In this document: piece after piece, positions 30,001-45,000 of the stretch
Numbering within the stretch: position 1 is the stretch's first letter
Layout of the letters: each line of letters begins with the position of its first letter
The notes under the pieces: model-generated
Seen by the model: only the letters and a program-made list of their open reading frames with translations
What the model was told of the DNA's origin: nothing
Databases searched by the model: none
Origin: Eledone cirrhosa
Lineage: Eukaryota
Direction: 5' to 3'
NCBI GenBank assembly: GCA_964016885.1
Contig: OZ024742.1
Location: forward strand, 366,358,001-366,422,000
Length of the DNA: 64,000 nucleotides
Program-made: the position numbers and the translations under genes

Positions 30001-33000
30001 TTAGGTGACCCAGAAAGAGCTTGACTGTGGGTCCAGACTGTTAGGGTCAAGTGGGCGATGTATTATGTCACCCAGATAGAGCTTGACTGTGGGTCCAGAC
30101 TGTGAGGGTAAAGTGGGCGATGTATTAAGTAACCCAGATAGAGCTTGACTGTGGGTCCAGACTGTGAGGTTCAAGTGGGCGATGTATTAAGTGACCCAGA
30201 AAGAGCTCGACTGTGGGTCCAGCCTGTGAGGGTAAAGTGGGCGATGTATTAAGTCACCCAGAAAGAGCTTGACTGTGGGTCCAGACTGTGAGGGTCAAGT
30301 GGGCGATGTATTAAGTCACCCAGATAGAGCTTGACTGTGGGTCCAGACTGTGAGGGTCAAGTGGGCGATGTATTAAGTCACCCAGAAAGAGCTTGACTGT
30401 GGGTCCAGACTGTGAAGGTCAAGTGGGCGATGTATTAAGTAACCCAGATAGAGCTTGACTGTTGGTCCAGACTGTGAGGGTCAAGTGGGCGATGTATTAA
30501 GTCACCCAGAAAGAGCTTGACTGTGGGTCCAGACTGTGAAGGTCAAGTGGGCGATGTATTAAGTCACCCAGAAAGAGCTTGACTGTGGGTCCAGACTGTG
30601 AAGGTCAAGTGGGCGATGTATTAAGTAACCCAGATAGAGCTTGACTGTTGGTCCAGACTGTGAGGGTCAAGTGGGCGATGTATTAAGTCACCCAGAAAGA
30701 GCTTGACTGTGGGTCCAGACTGTGAAGGTCAAGTGGGCGATGTATTAAGTCACCCAGAAAGAGCTTGACTGTGGGTCCAGACTGTGAGGGTAAAGTGGGC
30801 GATTCTTAAGTCACCCAGAAAGATCTTGACTGTGGGTCCAGACTGTGAGGGTCAAGTGGGCGATGTATTAAGTCACCCAGATAGAGCTTGACTCTAGGTC
30901 CAGACTGTGAGGGTCAAGTGGGCGATGTATTAAGTCACCCAGAAAGAGCTTGACTGTGGGTCCAGACTGTGAGGATCAAGTGGGCGATGTATTAAGTCAC
31001 CCAGAAAGAGCTTGACTGTGGGTTCAGACTGTGAGGGTCAAGTGGGCGATGTATTAAGTCACCCTGATAGAGCTTGAATGTGGGTCCAGACTGTGAGGGT
31101 CAAGTGGGCGATGTATTAAGTCACCCAGAAAGAGCTTGACTGTGGGTCCAGACTGTGAGGGTAAAGTGGGCGATTTCTTAAGTCACCCAGAAAGATCTTG
31201 ACTGTGGGTCCAGACTGTGAGGGTCAAGTGGGCGATGTATTAAGTCACCCAGATAGAGCTTGACTCTAGGTCCAGACTGTGAGGGTCAAGTGGGCGATGT
31301 ATTAAGTCACCCAGAAAGAGCTTGACTGTGGGTCCAGACTGTGAGGATCAAGTGGGCGATGTATTAAGTCACCCAGAAAGAGCTTGACTGTGGGTCCAGA
31401 CTGTGAGGGTCAAGTGGGCGATGTATTAAGTCACCCAGATAGAGCTTGACTCTGGGTCCAGACTGTGAGGGTCAAGTTGGCGATGTATTAAGTCACCCAG
31501 AAAGAGCTTGACTGTGGGTCCAGACTGTGAGGGTCAAGTGGGCGATGTATTAGGTGACCCAGAAAGAGCTTGACTGTGGGTCCAGACTGTTAGGGTCAAG
31601 TGGGCGATGTATTATGTCACCCAGATAGAGCTTGACTGTGGGTCCAGACTGTGAGGGTAAAGTGGGCGATGTATTAAGTAACCCAGATAGAGCTTGACTG
31701 TGGGTCCAGACTGTGAGGGTAAAGTGGGCGATGTATTAGGTGACCCAGAAAGAGCTTGACTGTGGGTCAGAGACTGTGAGGGTCAAGCGGGCGATGTATT
31801 AAGTCACCCAGATAGAGCTTGACTGTGGGTCCAGACTGTGAGGGTAAAGTGGGCGATGTATTAGGTGACCCAGAAAGAGCTTGACTGTGGGTCCAGACTG
31901 TTAGGGTCAAGTGGGCGATGTATTAAGTCACCCAGATAGAGCTTGACTGTGGGTCCAGACTGTGAGGGTAAAGTGGGCGATGTATTAGGTGACCCAGAAA
32001 GAGCTTGACTGTGGGTCCAGACTGTTAGGGTCAAGTGGGCGATGTATTAAGTCACCCAGATAGAGCTTGACTGTGGGTCCAGACTGTGAGCGTCAAGTGG
32101 GCGATGTATTAAGTAACCCAGATAGAGCTTGACTGTGGGTCCAGACTGTGAGGGTCAAGTGGGCAATGTATTAAGTCATCCAGAAAGAGCTTGACTGTTG
32201 GTCCGGACTGTGAGGGTCAAGTGGGCGATGTATTAAGTGACCCAGAAAGAGCTTGACTCTGGGTCCAGACTGTGATGGTCAAGTGGGCGATGTATTATGT
32301 CACCCAGATAGAGCTTGACTGTGGGTCCAGACTGTGAGGGTCAAGTGGGCGATGTATTAAGTCACCCAGATAGAGCTTGACTGTGGGTCCAGACTGTGAG
32401 GGTCAAGTGGGCGATGTATTAAGTAACCCAGATAGAGCTTGACTGTGGGTCCAGACTGTGAGGGTCAAGTGGGCGATGTATTAAGTCACCCAGATAGAGC
32501 TTGACTGTGGGTCCAGACTGTGAGGGTCAAGTGGGCGATGTATTAGGTGACCCAGAAAGAGCTTGACTGTGGGTCCAGACTGTGAGGGTCAAGTGGGCGA
32601 TGTATTAAGTGACCCAGAAAGAGCTTGACTGTGGGTCCAGACTGTGAGCGTCAAGTGGGCGATGTATTAAGTCATCCAGAAAGAGCTTGACTGTGGGTCC
32701 GGACTGTGAGGGTCAAGTGGGCGATGTATTAAGTGACCCAGAAAGAGCTTGACTCTGGGTCCAGACTGTGATGGTCAAGTGGGCGATGTATTAAGTCACC
32801 CAGATAGAGCTTGACTGTGGGTCCAGACTGTGAGGGTCAAGTGGGCGATGTATTAAGTCACCCAGATAGAGCTTGACTGTGGGTCCAGACTGTGAGGGTC
32901 AAGTGGGCGATGTATTAAGTCACCCAGAAAGATCTTGACTGTGGGTCCAGACTGTGAGGGTCAAGTGGGCGATGTATTAAGTCACCCAGAAAGAGCTTGA

Positions 33001-36000
33001 CTGTGGATCCAGACTGTGAGGGTCAAGTGGGCGATTTCTTAAGTCACCCAGAAAGATCTTAACTGTGGGTCCAGACTGTGAGGGTCAAGTGGGCGATGTA
33101 TTAAGTCACCCAGATAGAGCTTTACTGTGGGTCCAGACTCTGAGGGTCAAGTGGGCGATGTATTAAGTAACCCAGATAGAGCTTGACTGTGGGTCCAGAC
33201 TGTGAGGGTTAAGTGGGCGATGTATTAAGTCACCCAGAAAGAGCTTGACTGTGGGTCCAGACTGTGAGGGTCAAGTGGGCGATGTATTAAGTCACCCAGA
33301 AAGAGCTTGACTGTGGGTCGAGACTGTGAGGTTCAAGTGGGCAATGTATTAAGTAACCCAGATAGAGCTTGACTGTTGGTCCAGACTGTGAGGGTCAAGT
33401 GGGCGATGTATAAAGTCACCCAGAAAGAGCTTGACTGTGGGTCCAGACTGTGAGGGTCAAGTGGGCGATGTATTAAGTCACCCAGAAAGAGCTTGACTGT
33501 GGGTCCAGACTGTGAGGGTAAAGTGGGCGATGTATTAAGTCACCCAGTTAGAGCTTGACTGTGGGTCCAGACTGTGAGGGTCAAGTGGGCGATGTATTAA
33601 GTCACCCTGATAGAGCTTGAATGTGGGTCCAGACTGTGAGGGTCAAGTGGGCGATGTATTAAGTCACCCAGAAAGAGCTTGACTGTGGGTCCAGACTGTG
33701 AGGGTAAAGTGGGCGATTTCTTAAGTCACCCAGAAAGATCTTGACTGTGGGTCCAGACTGTGAGGGTCAAGTGGGCGATGTATTAAGTCACCCATATAGA
33801 GCTTGACTCTAGGTCCAGACTGTGAGGGTCAAGTGGGCGATGTATTAAGTCACCCAGAAAGAGCTTGACTGTGGGTCCAGACTGTGAGGGTGAAGTGGGC
33901 GATGTATAAAGTCACCCAGAAAGAGCTTGACTGTGGGTCCAGACTGTGAGGGTCAAGTGGGCGATGTATTAAGTCACCCAGAAAGAGCTTGACTGTGGGT
34001 CTAGACTGTGAGGTTCAAGTGGGCGATGTATTAAGTGACCCAGAAAGAGCTCGACTGTGGGTCCAGCCTGTGAGGGTAAAGTGGGCGATGTATTAAGTCA
34101 CCCAGAAAGAGCTTGACTGTGGGTCCAGACTGTGAGGGTCAAGTGGGCGATGTATTAAGTCACCCAGATAGAGCTTGACTGTGGGTCCAGACTGTGAGGG
34201 TCAAGTGGGCGATGTATTAAGTCACCCAGAAAGAGCTTGACTGTGGGTCCAGACTGTGAAGGTCAAGTGGGCGATGTATTAAGTAACCCAGATAGAGCTT
34301 GACTGTTGGTCCAGACTGTGAGGGTCAAGTGGGCGATGTATTAAGTCACCCAGAAAGAGCTTGACTGTGGGTCCAGACTGTGAAGGTCAAGTGGGCGATG
34401 TATTAAGTCACCCAGAAAGAGCTTGACTGTGGGTCCAGACTGTGAAGGTCAAGTGGGCGATGTATTAAGTAACCCAGATAGAGCTTGACTGTTGGTCCAG
34501 ACTGTGAGGGTCAAGTGGGCGATGTATTAAGTCACCCAGAAAGAGCTTGACTGTGGGTCCAGACTGTGAAGGTCAAGTGGGCGATGTATTAAGTCACCCA
34601 GAAAGAGCTTGACTGTGGGTCCAGACTGTGAGGGTAAAGTGGGCGATTCTTAAGTCACCCAGAAAGATCTTGACTGTGGGTCCAGACTGTGAGGGTCAAG
34701 TGGGCGATGTATTAAGTCACCCAGATAGAGCTTGACTCTAGGTCCAGACTGTGAGGGTCAAGTGGGCGATGTATTAAGTCACCCAGAAAGAGCTTGACTG
34801 TGGGTCCAGACTGTGAGGATCAAGTGGGCGATGTATTAAGTCACCCAGAAAGAGCTTGACTGTGGGTTCAGACTGTGAGGGTCAAGTGGGCGATGTATTA
34901 AGTCACCCAGATAGAACTTGACTGTGGGTCCAGACTGTGAGGGTCAAGTGGGCGATGTATTAAGTCACCCAGATAGAGCTTGACTGTGGGTCCAGACTGT
35001 GAGGGTCAAGTGGGCGATGTATTAAGTCACCCAGAAAGAGCTTGACTGTGGGTCCAGACTGTGAGGGTCAAGTGGGCGATGTATTAGGTGACCCAGAAAG
35101 AGCTTGACTGTGGGTCCAGACTGTTAGGGTCAAGTGGGCGATGTATTAAGTCACCCAGAAAGAGCTTGACTGTGGGTCAGAGACTGTGAGGGTCAAGCGG
35201 GCGATGTATTAAGTCACCCAGATAGAGCTTGACTGTGGGTCCAGACTGTGAGGGTAAAGTGGGCGATGTATTAGGTGACCCAGAAAGAGCTTGACTGTGG
35301 GTCCAGACTGTGAGGGTCAAGTGGGCGATGTATTAAGTCACCCAGATAGAGCTTGACTGTGGGTCAGAGACTGTGAGGGTCAAGCGGGCGATGTATTAAG
35401 TCACCCAGATAGAGCTTGACTGTGGGTCCAGACTGTGAGGGTAAAGTGGGCGATGTATTAGGTGACCCAGAAAGAGCTTGACTGTGGGTCCAGACTGTTA
35501 GGGTCAAGTGGGCGATGTATTAAGTCACCCAGATAGAGCTTGACTGTGGGTCCAGACTGTGAGCGTCAAGTGGGCAATGTATTAAGTCATCCAGAAAGAG
35601 CTTGACTGTTGGTCCGGACTGTGAGGGTCAAGTGGGCGATGTATTAAGTGACCCAGAAAGAGCTTGACTCTGGGTCCAGACTGTGATGGTCAAGTGGGCG
35701 ATGTATTAAGTCACCCAGATAGAGCTTGACTGTGGGTCCAGACTGTGAGGGTCAAGTGGGCGATGTATTAAGTCACCCAGATAGAGCTTGACTGTGGGTC
35801 CAGACTGTGAGGGTCAAGTGGGCGATGTATTAAGTAACCCAGATAGAGCTTGACTGTGGGTCCAGACTGTGAGGGTCAAGTGGGCGATGTATTAAGTCAC
35901 CCAGATAGAGCTTGACTGTGGGTCCAGACTGTGAGGGTAAAGTGGGCGATGTATTAGGTGACCCAGAAAGAGCTTGACTGTGGGTCCAGACTGTTAGGTT

Positions 36001-39000
36001 CAAGTGGGCGATGTATTAAGTCACCCAGATAGAGCTTGACTGTGGGTCCAGACTGTGAGCGTCAAGTGGGCGATGTATTAAGTCATCCAGAAAGAGCTTG
36101 ACTGTTGGTCCGGACTGTGAGGGTCAAGTGGGCGATGTATTAAGTGACCCAGAAAGAGCTTGACTCTGGGTCCAGACTGTGATGGTCAAGTGGGCGATGT
36201 ATTAAGTCACCCAGATAGAGCTTGACTGTGGGTCCAGACTGTGAGGGTCAAGTGGGCGATGTATTAAGTCACCCAGATAGAGCTTGACTGTGGGTCCAGA
36301 CTGTGAGGGTCAAGTGGGCGATGTATTAAGTCACCCAGATAGAGCTTGACTGTGGGTCCAGACTGTGAGGGTCAAGTGGGCGATGTATTAAGTCACCCAG
36401 AAAGAGCTTGACTGTGGATCCAGACTGTGAGGGTCAAGTGGGCGATTTCTTAAGTCACCCAGAAAGATCTTAACTGTGGGTCCAGACTGTGAGGGTCAAG
36501 TGGGCGATGTATTAAGTCACCCAGATAGAGCTTTACTGTGGGTCCAGACTCTGAGGGTCAAGTGGGCGATGTATTAAGTAACCCAGATAGAGCTTGACTG
36601 TGGGTCCAGACTGTGAGGGTCAAGTGGGCGATGTATTAAGTCACCCAGAAAGAGCTTGACTGTGGGTCCAGACTCTGAGGGTCAAGTGGGCGATGTATTA
36701 AGTCACCCAGAAAGAGCTTGACTGTGGGTCCAGACTGTGAGGTTCAAGTGGGCAATGTATTAAGTAACCCAGATAGAGCTTGACTGTTGGTCCAGACTGT
36801 GAGGGTCAAGTGGGCGATGTATAAAGTCACCCAGAAAGAGCTTGACTGTGGGTCCAGACTGTGAGGGTCAAGTGGGCGATGTATTAAGTCACCCAGAAAG
36901 AGCTTGACTGTGGGTCTAGACTGTGAGGTTCAAGTGGGCGATGTATTAAGTGACCCAGAAAGAGCTCGACTGTGGGTCCAGCCTGTGAGGGTAAAGTGGG
37001 CGATGTATTAAGTCACCCAGAAAGAGCTTGACTGTGGGTCCAGACTGTGAGGGTCAAGTGGGCGATGTATTAGGTGACCCAGAAAGAGCTTGACTGTGGG
37101 TCCAGACTGTTAGGGTCAAGTGGGCGATGTATTAAGTCACCCAGATAGAGCTTGACTGTGGGTCCAGACTGTGAGCGTCAAGTGGGCGATGTATTAAGTC
37201 ACCCAGAAAGAGCTTGACTGTGGGTCAGAGACTGTGAGGGTCAAGCGGGCGATGTATTAAGTCACCCAGATAGAGCCTGACTGTGGGTCCAGACTGTGAG
37301 GGTAAAGTGGGCGATGTATTAGGTGACCCAGAAAGAGCTTGACTGTGGGTCCAGACTGTTAGGGTCAAGTGGGCGATGTATTAAGTCACCCAGATAGAGC
37401 TTGACTGTGGGTCCAGACTGTGAGGGTCAAGTGGGCGATGTATTAAGTCACCCAGAAAGAGCTTGACTGTGGGTCCAGACTGTGAGGGTAAAGTGGGCGA
37501 TTTCTTAAGTCACCCAGAAAGATCTTGACTGTGGGTCCAGACTGTGAGGGTCAAGTGGGCGAGGTATTAAGTGACCCAGAAAGAGCTTGACTCTGGGTCC
37601 AGACTGTGATGGTCAAGTGGGCGATGTATTAAGTCACCCAGATAGAGCTTGACTGTGGGTCCAGACTGTGAGGGTAAAGTGGGCGATGTATTATGTCACC
37701 CAGATAGAGCTTGACTGTGGGTCCAGAGTGTGAGGGTCAAGTGGGCGATGTATTAAGTCACCCAGATAGAGCTTTACTGTGGGTCCAGACTCTGAGGGTC
37801 AAGTGGGCGATGTATTAAGTCACCCTGATAGAGCTTGACTGTGGGTCCAGACTGTGAGGGTCAAGTGGGCGATGTATTAAGTCACCCAGAAAGAGCTTGA
37901 CTGTGGGTCCAGACTGTGAGGGTCAAGTGGGCGATGTATTAAGTCACCCAGAAAGAGCTTGACTGTGGGTCCAGACTGTGAGGTTCAAGTGGGCAATGTA
38001 TTAAGTGACCCAGAAAGAGCTCGACTGTGGGTCCAGCCTGTGAGGGTAAAGTGGGCGATGTATTAAGTCACCCAGAAAGAGCTTGACTGTGGGTCCAGAC
38101 TGTGAGGGTCAAGTGGGCGATGTATTAAGTCACCCAGATAGAGCTTGACTCTGGGTCCAGACTGTCAGGGTCAAGTGGGCGATGTATTAAGTGACCCAGA
38201 AAGAGCTTGACTGTGGGTCCAGACTGTGAGGGTAAAGTGGGCGATGCATTAAGTCACCCAGTTAGAGCTTGACTGTGGGTCCAGATTGTGAGGGTCAAGT
38301 GGGCGATGTATTAAGTCACCCTGATAGAGCTTGAATGTGGGTCCAGACTGTGAGGGTCAAGTGGGCGATGTATTAAGTCACCCAGAAAGAGCTTGACTGT
38401 GGGTCCAGACTGTGAGGGTAAAGTGGGCGATTTCTTAAGTCACCCAGAAAGATCTTGACTGTGGGTCCAGACTGTGAGGGTCAAGTGGGCGATGTATTAA
38501 GTCACCCAGATAGAGCTTGACTCTGGGTCCAGACTGTGAGGGTCAAGTGGGCGATGTATTAAGTCACCCAGAAAGAGCTTGACTGTGGGTCCAGACTGTG
38601 AGGATCAAGTGGGCGATGTATTAAGTCACCCAGAAAGAGCTTGACTGTGGGTCCAGACTGTGAGGGTCAAGTGGGCGATGTATTAAGTCACCCAGATAGA
38701 GCTTGACTCTGGGTCCAGACTGTGAGGGTAAAGTGGGCGATTTATTAAGTCACCCAGATAGAGCTTGACTGTGGGTCCAGACTGTGAGTGTCAAGTGGGC
38801 GATGTATTAAGTCACCCAGATAGAGCTTGACTCTGGGTCCAGACTGTGAGGGTCAAGTGGGCGATGTATTAAGTCACCCAGATAGAGCTTGACTGTGGGT
38901 CCAGACTGTGAGGGTAAAGTGGGCGATTTATTAAGTCACCCAGATAGAGCTTGACTGTGGGTCCAGACTGTGAGGGTCAAGTGGGCGATGTATTAAGTCA

Positions 39001-42000
39001 CCCAGAAAGAGCTTGACTGTGGGTCCGGACTGTGAGGGTCAAGTGGGCGATGTATTAAGTCAGCCAGAAAGAGCTTGACTGTGGATCCAGACTGTGAGGG
39101 TCAAGTGGGCGATTTCTTAAGTCACCCAGAAAGATCTTGACTGTGGGTCCAGACTGTGAGGGTCAAGTGGGCGATGTATTAAGTCACCCAGATAGAGTTT
39201 TACTGTGGGTCCAGACTGTGAGGGTCAAGTGGGCGATGTATTAAGTCAGCCAGAAAGAGCTTGACTGTGGATCCAGACTGTGAGGGTCAAGTGGGCGATG
39301 TATTAAGTCACCCAGATAGAGCTTTACTGTGGGTCCGGACTGTGAGGGTCAAGTGGGCGATGTATTAAGTCAGCCAGAAAGAGCTTGACTGTGGATCCAG
39401 ACTGTGAGGGTCAAGTGGGCGATGTATTAAGTCAGCCAGAAAGAGCTTGACTCTGGGTCCAGACTGTGAGGGTCAAGTGGGCGATTTCTTAAGTAACCCA
39501 GAAAGAGCTTGACTGTGGGTCCAGACTGTGAGGGTAAAGTGGGCGATGTATTAAGTCACCTAGATAGAGCTTTACTGTGGGTCCAGACTGTGAGGGTCAA
39601 GTGGGCGATGTATTAAGTAACCCAGATAGAGCTTGACTGTGGGTCCAGACTGTGAGTGTCAAGTGGGCGATGTATAAAGTCACCCAGAAAGATCTTGACT
39701 GTGGGTCCAGACTGTGAGGGTCAAGTGGGCGATGTATTAAGTCAGCCAGAAAGAGCTTGACTCTGGGTCCAGACTGTGAGGGTCAAGTGGGCGATGTATT
39801 AAGTGACCCAGATAGAGCTTGACTGTGGGTCCAGACTGTGAGGGTAAAGTGGGCGATGTATTAAGTCACCCAGTTAGAGCTTGACTGTGGGTCCAGATTG
39901 TGAGGGTCAAGTGGGCGATGTATTAAGTCAACGTGATAGAGCTTGACTGTGGGTCCAGACTGTGAGAGTCAAGTGGGCGATGTATTAAGTCACCCAGATA
40001 GAGCTTGACTGTGGGTCCAGACTGTGAGGGTAAAGTGGGCGATTTATTAAGTCACCCAGATAGAGCTTGACTGTGGGTCCAGACTGTGAGCGTCAAGTGG
40101 GCGATGTATTAAGTCACCCAGAAAGAGCTTGACTGTGGGTCAGAGACTGTGAGGGTCAAGCGGGCGATGTATTAAGTCACCCAGATAGAGCTTGACTGTG
40201 GGTCCAAACTGTGAGGGCAAAGTGGGCGATGTATTAGGTGACCCAGAAAGAGCTTGACTGTGGGTCCAGACTGTTAGGGTCAAGTGGGCGATGTATTAAG
40301 TCACCCAGATAGAGCTTGACTGTGGGTCCAGACTGTGAGCGTCAAGTGGGCGATGTATTAAGTCATCCAGAAAGAGCTTGACTGTTGGTCCGGACTGTGA
40401 GGGTCAAGTGGGCGATGTATTAAGTGACCCAGAAAGAGCTTGACTCTGGCTCCAGACTGTGAGGGTCAAGTGGGCGATATATTAAGTCACCCAGATAGAG
40501 CTTGACTGTGGGTCCAGACTGTGAGGGTCAAGTGGGCGATGTATTAAGTCACCCAGATAGAGCTTGACTGTGGGTCCAGACTGTGAGGGTCAAGTGGGCG
40601 ATGTATTAAGTAACCCAGATAGAGCTTGACTGTGGGTCCAGACTGTGAGGGTCAAGTGGGCGATGTATTAAGTCACCCAGATAGAGCTTGACTGTGGGTC
40701 CAGACTGTGAGGGTCAAGTGGGCGATGTATTAAGTCACCCAGAAAGATCTTGACTGTGGGTCCAGACTGTGAGGGTCAGGTGGGCGATGTATTAAGTCAC
40801 CCAGATAGAGCTTTACTGTGGGTCCAGACTCTGAGGGTCAAGTGGGCGATGTATTAAGTAACCCAGATAGAGCTTGACTGTGGGTCCAGACTGTGAGGGT
40901 CAAGTGGGCGATGTATTAAGCCACACAGAAAGAGCTTGACTGTGGGTGCAGACTGTGAGGGTCAAGTGGGCGATGTATTAAGTCACCCAGAAAGAGCTTG
41001 ACTGTGGGTCCAGACTGTGAGGTTCAAGTGGGCAATGTATTAAGTAACCCAGATAGAGCTTGACTGTTGGTCCAGACTGTGAGGGTCAAGTGGGCGATGT
41101 ATTAAGTCACCCAGAAAGAGCTTGACTGTGGGTCCAGACTGTGAGGGTCAAGTGGGCGATGTATTAAGTCACCCAGAAAGAGCTTGACTGTGGGTCCAGA
41201 CTGTGAGGTTCAAGTGGGCGATGTATTAAGTGACCCAGAAAGAGCTCGACTGTGGGTCCAGCCTGTGAGGGTAAAGTGGGCGATGTATTAAGTCACCCAG
41301 AAAGAGCTTGACTGTGGGTCCAGACTGTGAGGGTCAAGTGGGCGATGTATTAAGTCACCCAGATAGAGCTTGACTCTGGGTCCAGACTGTGAGGGTCAAG
41401 TGGGCGATGTATTAAGTGACCCAGAAAGAGCTTGACTGTGGGTCCAGACTGTGAGGGTAAAGTGGGCGATGCATTAAGTCACCCAGTTAGAGCTTGACTG
41501 TGGGTCCAGATTGTGAGGGTCAAGTGGGCGATGTATTAAGTCACCCTGATAGAGCTTGAATGTGGGTCCAGACTGTGAGGGTCAAGTGGGCGATGTATTA
41601 AGTCACCCAGAAAGAGCTTGACTGTGGGTCCAGACTGTGAGGGTCAAGTGGGCGATGTATTAAGTCACCCAGAAAGATCTTGACTGTGGGTCCAGACTGT
41701 GAGGGTCAAGTGGGCGATGTATTAAGTCACCCAGAAAGATCTTGACTGTGGGTCCAGACTGTGAGGGTCAAGTGGGCGATGTATTAAGTCACCCAGATAG
41801 AGCTTGACTCTGGGTCCAGACTGTGAGGGTCAAGTGGACGATGTATTAAGTCACCCAGAAAGAGCTTGACTGTGGGTCCAGACTGTGAGGATCAAGTGGG
41901 CGATGTATTAAGTCACCCAGAAAGAGCTTGACTGTGGGTCCAGACTGTGAGGGTCAAGTGGGCGATGTATTAAGTCACCCAGATAGAGCTTGACTCTGGG

Positions 42001-45000
42001 TCCAGACTGTGAGGGTAAAGTGGGCGATTTATTAAGTCACCCAGATAGAGCTTGACTGTGGGTCCAGACTGTGAGTGTCAAGTGGGCGATGTATTAAGTC
42101 ACCCAGATAGAGCTTGACTCTGGGTCCAGACTGTGAGGGTCAAGTGGGCGATGTATTAAGTCACCCAGATAGAGCTTGACTGTGGGTCCAGACTGTGAGG
42201 GTAAAGTGGGCGATTTATTAAGTCACCCAGATAGAGCTTGACTGTGGGTCCAGACTGTGAGGGTCAAGTGGGCGATGTATTAAGTCACCCAGATAGAGCT
42301 TGACTGTGGGTTCCGGACTGTGAGGGTCAAGTGGGCGATGTATTAAGTCAGCCAGAAAGAGCTTAACTGTGGATCCAGACTGTGAGGGTCAAGTGGGCGA
42401 TTTCTTAAGTCACCCAGAAAGATCTTGACTGTGGGTCCAGACTGTGAGGGTCAAGTGGGCGATGTATTAAGTCACCCAGATAGAGCTTTACTGTGGGTCC
42501 AGACTGTGAGGGTCAAGTGGGCGATGTATTAAGTAACCCAGATAGAGCTTGACTGTGGGTCCAGACTGTGAGGGTCAAGTGGGCGATGTATAAAGTCACC
42601 CAGAAAGAGCTTGACTGTGGGTCCAGACTGTGAGGGTCAAGTGGGCGATGTATTAAGTCACCCAGAAAGAGCTTGACTGTGGGTCCAGACTGTGAGGTTC
42701 AAGTGGGCGATGTATTAAGTAACCCAGATAGAGCTTGACTGTTGGTCCAGACTGTGAGGGTCAAGTGGGCGATGTATTAAGTCACCCAGAAAGAGCTTGA
42801 CTGTGGGTCCAGACTGTGAGGGTCAAGTGGGCGATGTATTAAGTCACCCAGATAGAGCTTGACTCTGGGTCCAGACTGTGAGGGTCAAGTGGGCGATGTA
42901 TTAAGTGACCCAGATAGAGCTTGACTGTGGGTCCAGACTGTGAGGGTAAAGTGGGCGATGTATTAAGTCACCCAGTTAGAGCTTGACTGTGGGTCCAGAT
43001 TGTGAGGGTCAAGTGGGCGATGTATTAAGTCACCCAGATAGAGCTTGACTGTGGGTCCAGACTGTGAGGGTCAAGTGGGCGATGTATTAAGTCACCCAGA
43101 TAGAGCTTGACTCTGGGTCCAGACTGTGAGGGTCAAGTGGGCGATGTATTAAGTCACCCAGAAAGAGCTTGACTGTGGGTCCAGACTGTGAGGGTCAAGT
43201 GGGCGATGTATTAGGTGACCCAGAAAGAGCTTGACCGTGGGTCCAGACTGTTAGTGTCAAGTGGGCGATGTATTAAGTCACCCAGATAGAGCTTGACTGT
43301 GGGTCCAGACTGTGAGCGTCAAGTGGGCGATGTATTAAGTCACCCAGAAAGAGCTTGACTGTGGGTCCAGACTGTGAGGGCAAAGTGGGCGATGTATTAG
43401 GTGACCCAGAAAGAGCTTGACTGTGAGTCCAGACTGTTAGGGTCAAGTGGGCGATGTATTAAGTCACCCAGATAGAGCTTGACTGTGGGTCCAGACTGTG
43501 AGCGTCAAGTGGGCGATGTATTAAGACATCCAGAAAGAGCTTGACTGTTGGTCCGGACTGTGAGGGTCAAGTGGGCGATGTATTAAGTGACCCAGAAAGA
43601 GCTTGACTCTGGGTCCAGACTGTGAGGGTCAAGTGGGCGATATATTAAGTCACCCAGATAGAGCTTGACTGTGGGTCCAGACTGTGAGGGTCAAGTGGGC
43701 GATGTATTAAGTCACCCAGATAGAGCTTGACTGTGGGTCCAGACTGTGAGGGTCAAGTGGGCGATGTATTAAGTAACCCAGATAGAGCTTGACTGTGGGT
43801 CCAGACTGTGAGGGTCAAGTGGGCGATGTATTAAGTCACCCAGATAGAGCTTGACTGTGGGTCCAGACTGTGAGGGTCAAGTGGGCGATGTATTAAGTCA
43901 CCCAGAAAGAGCTTGACTGTGGATCCAGACTGTGAGGGTCAAGTGGGCGATTTCTTAAGTCACCCAGAAAGATCTTGACTGTGGGTCCAGACTGTGAGGG
44001 TCAAGTGGGCGATGTATTAAGTCACCCAGATAGAGCTTTACTGTGGGTCCAGACTGTGAGGGTCAAGTGGGCGATGTATTAAGTAACCCAGCTAGATCTT
44101 GACTGTGGGTCCAGACTGTGAGGGTCAAGTGGGCGATGTATTAAGTCACCCAGAAAGAGCTTGACTGTGGGTCCAGACTGTGAGGGTCAAGTGGGCGATG
44201 TATTAAGTCACCCAGAAAGAGCTTGACTGTGGGTCCAGACTGTGAGGTTCAAGTGGGCGATGTATTAAGTAACCCAGATAGAGCTTGACTGTTGGTCCAG
44301 ACTGTGAGGGTCAAGTGGGCGATGTATTAAGTCACCCAGAAAGAGCTTGACTGTGGGTCCAGACTGTGAAGGTCAAGTGGGCGATGTATTAAGTGACCCA
44401 GAAAGAGCTCGACTGTGGGTCCAGCCTGTGAGGGTCAAGTGGGCGATGTATTAAGTCACCCAGATAGAGCTTGACTCTGGGTCCAGACTGTGAGGGTCAA
44501 GTGGGCGATGTATTAGGTGACCCAGAAAGAGCTTGACTGTGGGTCCAGACTGTTAGGGTCAAGTGGGCGATGTATTAAGTCACCCAGATAGAGCTTGACT
44601 GTGGGTCCAGACTGTGAGCGTCAAGTGGGCGATGTATTAAGTCATCCAGAAAGAGCTTGACTGTTGGTCCGGACTGTGAGGGTCAAGTGGGCGATGTATT
44701 AAGTGACCCAGAAAGAGCTTGACTCTGGGTCCAGACTGTGAGGGTCAAGTGGGCGATATATTAAGTCACCCAGATAGAGCTTGACTGTGGGTCCAGACTG
44801 TGAGGGTCAAGTGGGCGATGTATTAAGTCACCCAGATAGAGCTTGACTGTGGGTCCAGACTGTGAGGGTCAAGTGGGCGATGTATTAAGTAACCCAGATA
44901 GAGCTTGACTGTGGGTCCAGACTGTGAGGGTCAAGTGGGCGATGTATTAAGTCACCCAGAAGGAGCTTGACTGTGGGTCCAGACTGTGAGGGTCAAGTGG

